This document shows, one piece after another, positions 60,298 to 64,000 of a DNA stretch of 64,000 bases. The stretch spans positions 62,001-126,000 of the forward strand of contig NW_026928915.1 in NCBI RefSeq assembly GCF_032062105.1, in the 5' to 3' direction. The DNA comes from Saccostrea cucullata. Taxonomy: Eukaryota. Every line of letters starts with the position of its first letter. Within the stretch, counting starts at the first letter, position 1. The translations under genes and the position numbers were made by a program. A model generated the notes under the pieces. That model was not told the DNA's origin. It did not search any database and saw nothing but the letters and a program-made list of their open reading frames with translations.

Positions 60298-62329
60298 ATT
60301 TTATAATGTAATAAAAAATATTTTGGGAAAAACCTTATTATTTGTAGTTTTAATTTTGATGAAGTTATAAAATCCAAAGACCATCGTTATCAGTTTTCCA
60401 TACTTTCATGCAATGAATAACCATGGAGGATTCCACCGCATTTCTTGATGGAGCTGGCTTAAAGTTAATGAACTAGAATAAATCATTAAAGCTTTTTAGC
60501 AACAGCTAATGACAAAACCCTGCTTTAGAAATGAGAGGAATGGCATTGAGCGTTGCAATGCAACGCGCTTAATGAAATAAATTTAATTTATTTTAAAGTT
60601 GACATTCCCGCTAATGCTTAATCGTCGCTTAATGAAGAATGATATCATTAAGATGTTGAAAATGGCAACTATTTATGCAATTATTTATTGCAATAAGCTT
60701 TGCATTGCAAATCTTAATGATGTTTCTTTTTATCTTTCTTCCTTTTTATATTTCTTTTTATCATTAGCATTCGCTACAAAGCTTCAATGTCATCTTTGAC
60801 TAGAAACTGAAAAAATTGCCACGAAAGCCAGATAGGCTCATTTTAACAAGATTAAAAAAATCATTTTACTCATTAAAATAATTTACAACGAGTTTGTTAT
60901 CTAGTTTTAATGAATTAATATCTCGTTATAACCTGCTTTCTCGTTATAACGAGTTATTATTTTGTTTTTACCTTTGTCAAAAATGAGCTTATAAATCTGA
61001 CTTTCGTAGACTGTATAGGATATCTATCTGTAATTATAAAAACTATAATTTAATCTGTAATCAAGCTTGTCTTTTGATAATAAGCTTTAATACTAAAGTT
61101 TTCTTTCTTTTTAAAAAATAATTGTAATTGAACAATCAGTTATACTACATCGAAGACATTTTTGCATTCAGTTAATCGAACCATATAGTTATAGAAAGTC
61201 CTTCCAGTTATTTCGATGTTCTTACATCTGTTGTACCTTTTACGAACATAAAACTAAAACTAATGAGTTGGACTGACACTCTGTTTGAATCGAAGTAAAT
61301 AATCAAACCTCGTTTCTTTCTATTTGACAATATTTGCTTTACGTGCTAGAAGACACCTTAGAGTTACCCTTAAAGCTACATTGACAAATCGTCTCCGGAG
61401 TTCAAGTCAAAAATCAATGTAAATTCCAACGCAGATAAAACAAAATAACGAAGATTACGTGAAATTGGGCTAGAACACTCAGTAAGAAAGGGTTAGAGAT
61501 ACATTAATTACTTAAATTCCACTAAGTCTGGCTGTCAACTTAGCTTGTTTACGTAGATTTGGCAGGGATAGAGGAATGAATTCCACTACAATTGTTTACA
61601 AACATAACAGAATTGTTTTGCTAATTCTAATGTCAATTTAATTAACTTTGTCTAAATTAGTAGGCAAGGATATAAATTTTTCCTACCAGAGATTAGGCAG
61701 ACTTGATAAAAACCGTTTTCTCGTTTAATGCATGGAAACTGCTTTTAAATGGACTAGAGGACTTGTAACTAAAAGTGTTACAGAGTCTTTATTCGTTTCT
61801 TTCATCAAACTAAATTGCATGTATCAGTCTACATATGAATTCCATTAATTTGTGATTTTCACTAAAACTTACAATTCTTACCTAATTTAACAACTTAGTT
61901 AATTTTTTACTTCTGCACGTAATAAATGCGGTATTGCTTTACATTAAAGGCTCTAAAGCTTCCAATCAATATTCAATTTACCATTACTTTAAATTAGAGG
62001 TAAAGAAGATTGGTTTATCTAAGATGCGTGCAATTTTCTGAAGTGAGTGCAATTTTTTTCACATAAAAATAAGATTTTAGTCCATGCAAAGAAAAACCAC
62101 CCAAGGATAGCTGGACTGTAAAAAATCGTATTTATAAAAACAATGGGACTTGTTCAGACCCCTTGTTGATAGGCTGCTGATTTTTTTTTTTGTTGGAATT
62201 TTTTATTTGTTTAAATATTTAAATGTATTTTAAATTGAAAAGTTGCATGATTTAGATAAAACAATTTTGGCAAGTATAAACCCTCCACAATCTAACCTTA
62301 TCTTAGTTTTACGTATGCACACTTTCTAA

Positions 62330-62625
62330 AACAAGGTAAATTATTGACAAACAAGTTGATGAAACAAGTATATTAGCAGTCTCGATTAAAGTAATAATTT
62401 CATAAGTTTTCTGGTCGATATATAATGGCCTTGTCAGCAAATTCAATTTATCATTGAGTCAAATGATGACTGACGTTTTTTCATACTTATTGTTAGTCCT
62501 TATTTACACATTGAATTGACGACGGATTTCCCGTTATTTCCCGATCATGACAAGGAGCACACGGCGGGTGTGATCTGATCCTACCTCTGATGTTTCGAAA
62601 GGTCCGTGTTTTCTTTGCTCATATT
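62330..62625 (+). mobile_element. Penelope-like retroelement 3' fragment
   Basis: Decayed KF.GRY..LV-type RT C-terminus followed by cacggcgggtgtg...ctgatcctacctctg; related to 19925-20300. Confidence 0.55.
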
Positions 62626-62689
62626 TTGTATAATTATATGAACTTTTGAGCTTGAATACTATATCCATATATTTCATTTTACTTTATGA

Positions 62690-63524
62690 TACTGTAAACC
62701 AAGTATTATACGCGTGCGATAAATATCAGCGAGTTCCGCGAGTAACCTCTGCTCGCGGATATTTATCGTCGCGAACCAGTTGTTCATTATATTCCCATAT
62801 CATGATTTATTTAGAGTTATTTACCCTTTTTCAATACCGATCCCGACGGTTCAACAAGTAATCACGGAAGAACTTTACTGTTAGTGTACAAGAAGCAGTT
62901 GAAATTTAATTACAAACATCCAGAAAAAATAAAAACGAATGGCAAATCTAAAACTATTTGTCTAAAATGAATAAGATGTCAATAATAATTTCAGCTTGTG
63001 TTATTATTGTTCATTTATTGTTCCAGACGAGTCAGATATAGCGTGGTTAATTACGGCTAATTATGGCCCAGTCCTGCTCTGTCCAAACCATTTATAATAA
63101 TTGCCCCTTGGCTATGTAGATCTTAGAAAGCGTCGATTACCCATTTAGTATGAGGCACTTTTACAATTGAGAGTTTTAAATCAATTTTAATCTCCTAGAT
63201 TTTTTTTCTCCGATTTTCGTTTAAGCGTTGTGAAAATGCGTATGAAGTATACTCATGGTAAACATTTTACCCATGCACTTTAGGGGCGGATATAAGATTT
63301 TAAATGGACGCAATGCACAGAATGTCTTGAATAATGCGTAAGCAGACCTCACGCTACCATTTTACTTAGTTTATGGGCGGATATAAAATATTAATTTGAT
63401 TCAAAAATACCCGTGGAAATAAAAAAACGTGACCACTCGTTCGCGGAAATAAATCGTCGCGGATTAGTTCTCTAGCAGTCAGTCGCGAATAAAAAATGAC
63501 GCGTATAATAATTGGTTTACAGTA
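62690..63524. mobile_element. MITE / non-autonomous DNA transposon, TACTGTA family (835 bp)
   Basis: tactgtaaaccaagtattatacgcgt...acgcgtataataattggtttacagta TIRs. Confidence 0.8.
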
Positions 63525-64000
63525 TGCGTTGAAACGCTTATCTACATCATTTCTTATTTTAAAATGTGACCTTCTGAGAAAATAAAGCAAAAACTTGATT
63601 CAGTTTCCAAAAAAAGTACACTTAAAGGATAAAAATATATTCATCTTTGGGGGAAGCCACACTTACAATAAAGTGCCTTGACCTAATTATGAGGACTCTA
63701 GAGCATATCGGTACTGTTTGCTGCCCACATCCTTCATAACACAGACAGCCAAGTAGACATACCGTGGTTTTCTGCCACAAAAAGAAAGTCTCTGACTTCA
63801 AGGGTATACATGTAACCACAACATATGCATCAGAAAGAAGTTTTTGTGAATATATCTTGTGTTATTTAAAATACATTCTTTTATCCTAACTTTATACATA
63901 TTATACAATGAATAAACCGGAATCTAAAGCAAGAGTGTTTCAAACCGCCTCATGCTGCAATGTTGAGATTTTAAAAAAATTGATGATGTGAAGTTTTAGT

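Noticed and set aside
62585-62605. Minimal hammerhead ribozyme in a Penelope-like fragment (ctgatgtttcgaaa)
   Set aside because: The core lacks the required CUGANGA and I could not build helices I and III. The ctgatgagtgaaa at ~6322 is a mutated SINE tail.

Overview
AT-rich, intron-rich eukaryotic genomic DNA, most likely a bivalve mollusc such as an oyster (inferred from the HINE/Helentron-type repeats, the SINE family, a temptin-like gene and a mollusc-type VWA protein). Manual GT-AG splicing with phase checks gives eight genes: REXO2 oligoribonuclease (+); a sarcosine-oxidase-like FAD oxidoreductase (-) whose ~11 kb last intron holds a young Ty3/Gypsy element; a divergent temptin-like secreted protein (+); a 9-finger C2H2 protein (+); a 199-aa five-exon protein with a DED-like N-terminus (+); cactin (+); an intron-containing YqaJ/lambda-exonuclease-family nuclease (-); and a secreted triple-VWA/mucin-linker protein (-) with an apparent frameshift. 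The most unusual structure is the Gypsy element. Its LTRs, PBS, PPT and TSD are intact on the minus strand, but gag-protease-RT is inverted and RNase H plus the integrase N-terminus are missing. The window also carries many MITEs, HINEs, SINEs, Penelope-like fragments and a THAP relic. Several segments look like long-read consensus artefacts.
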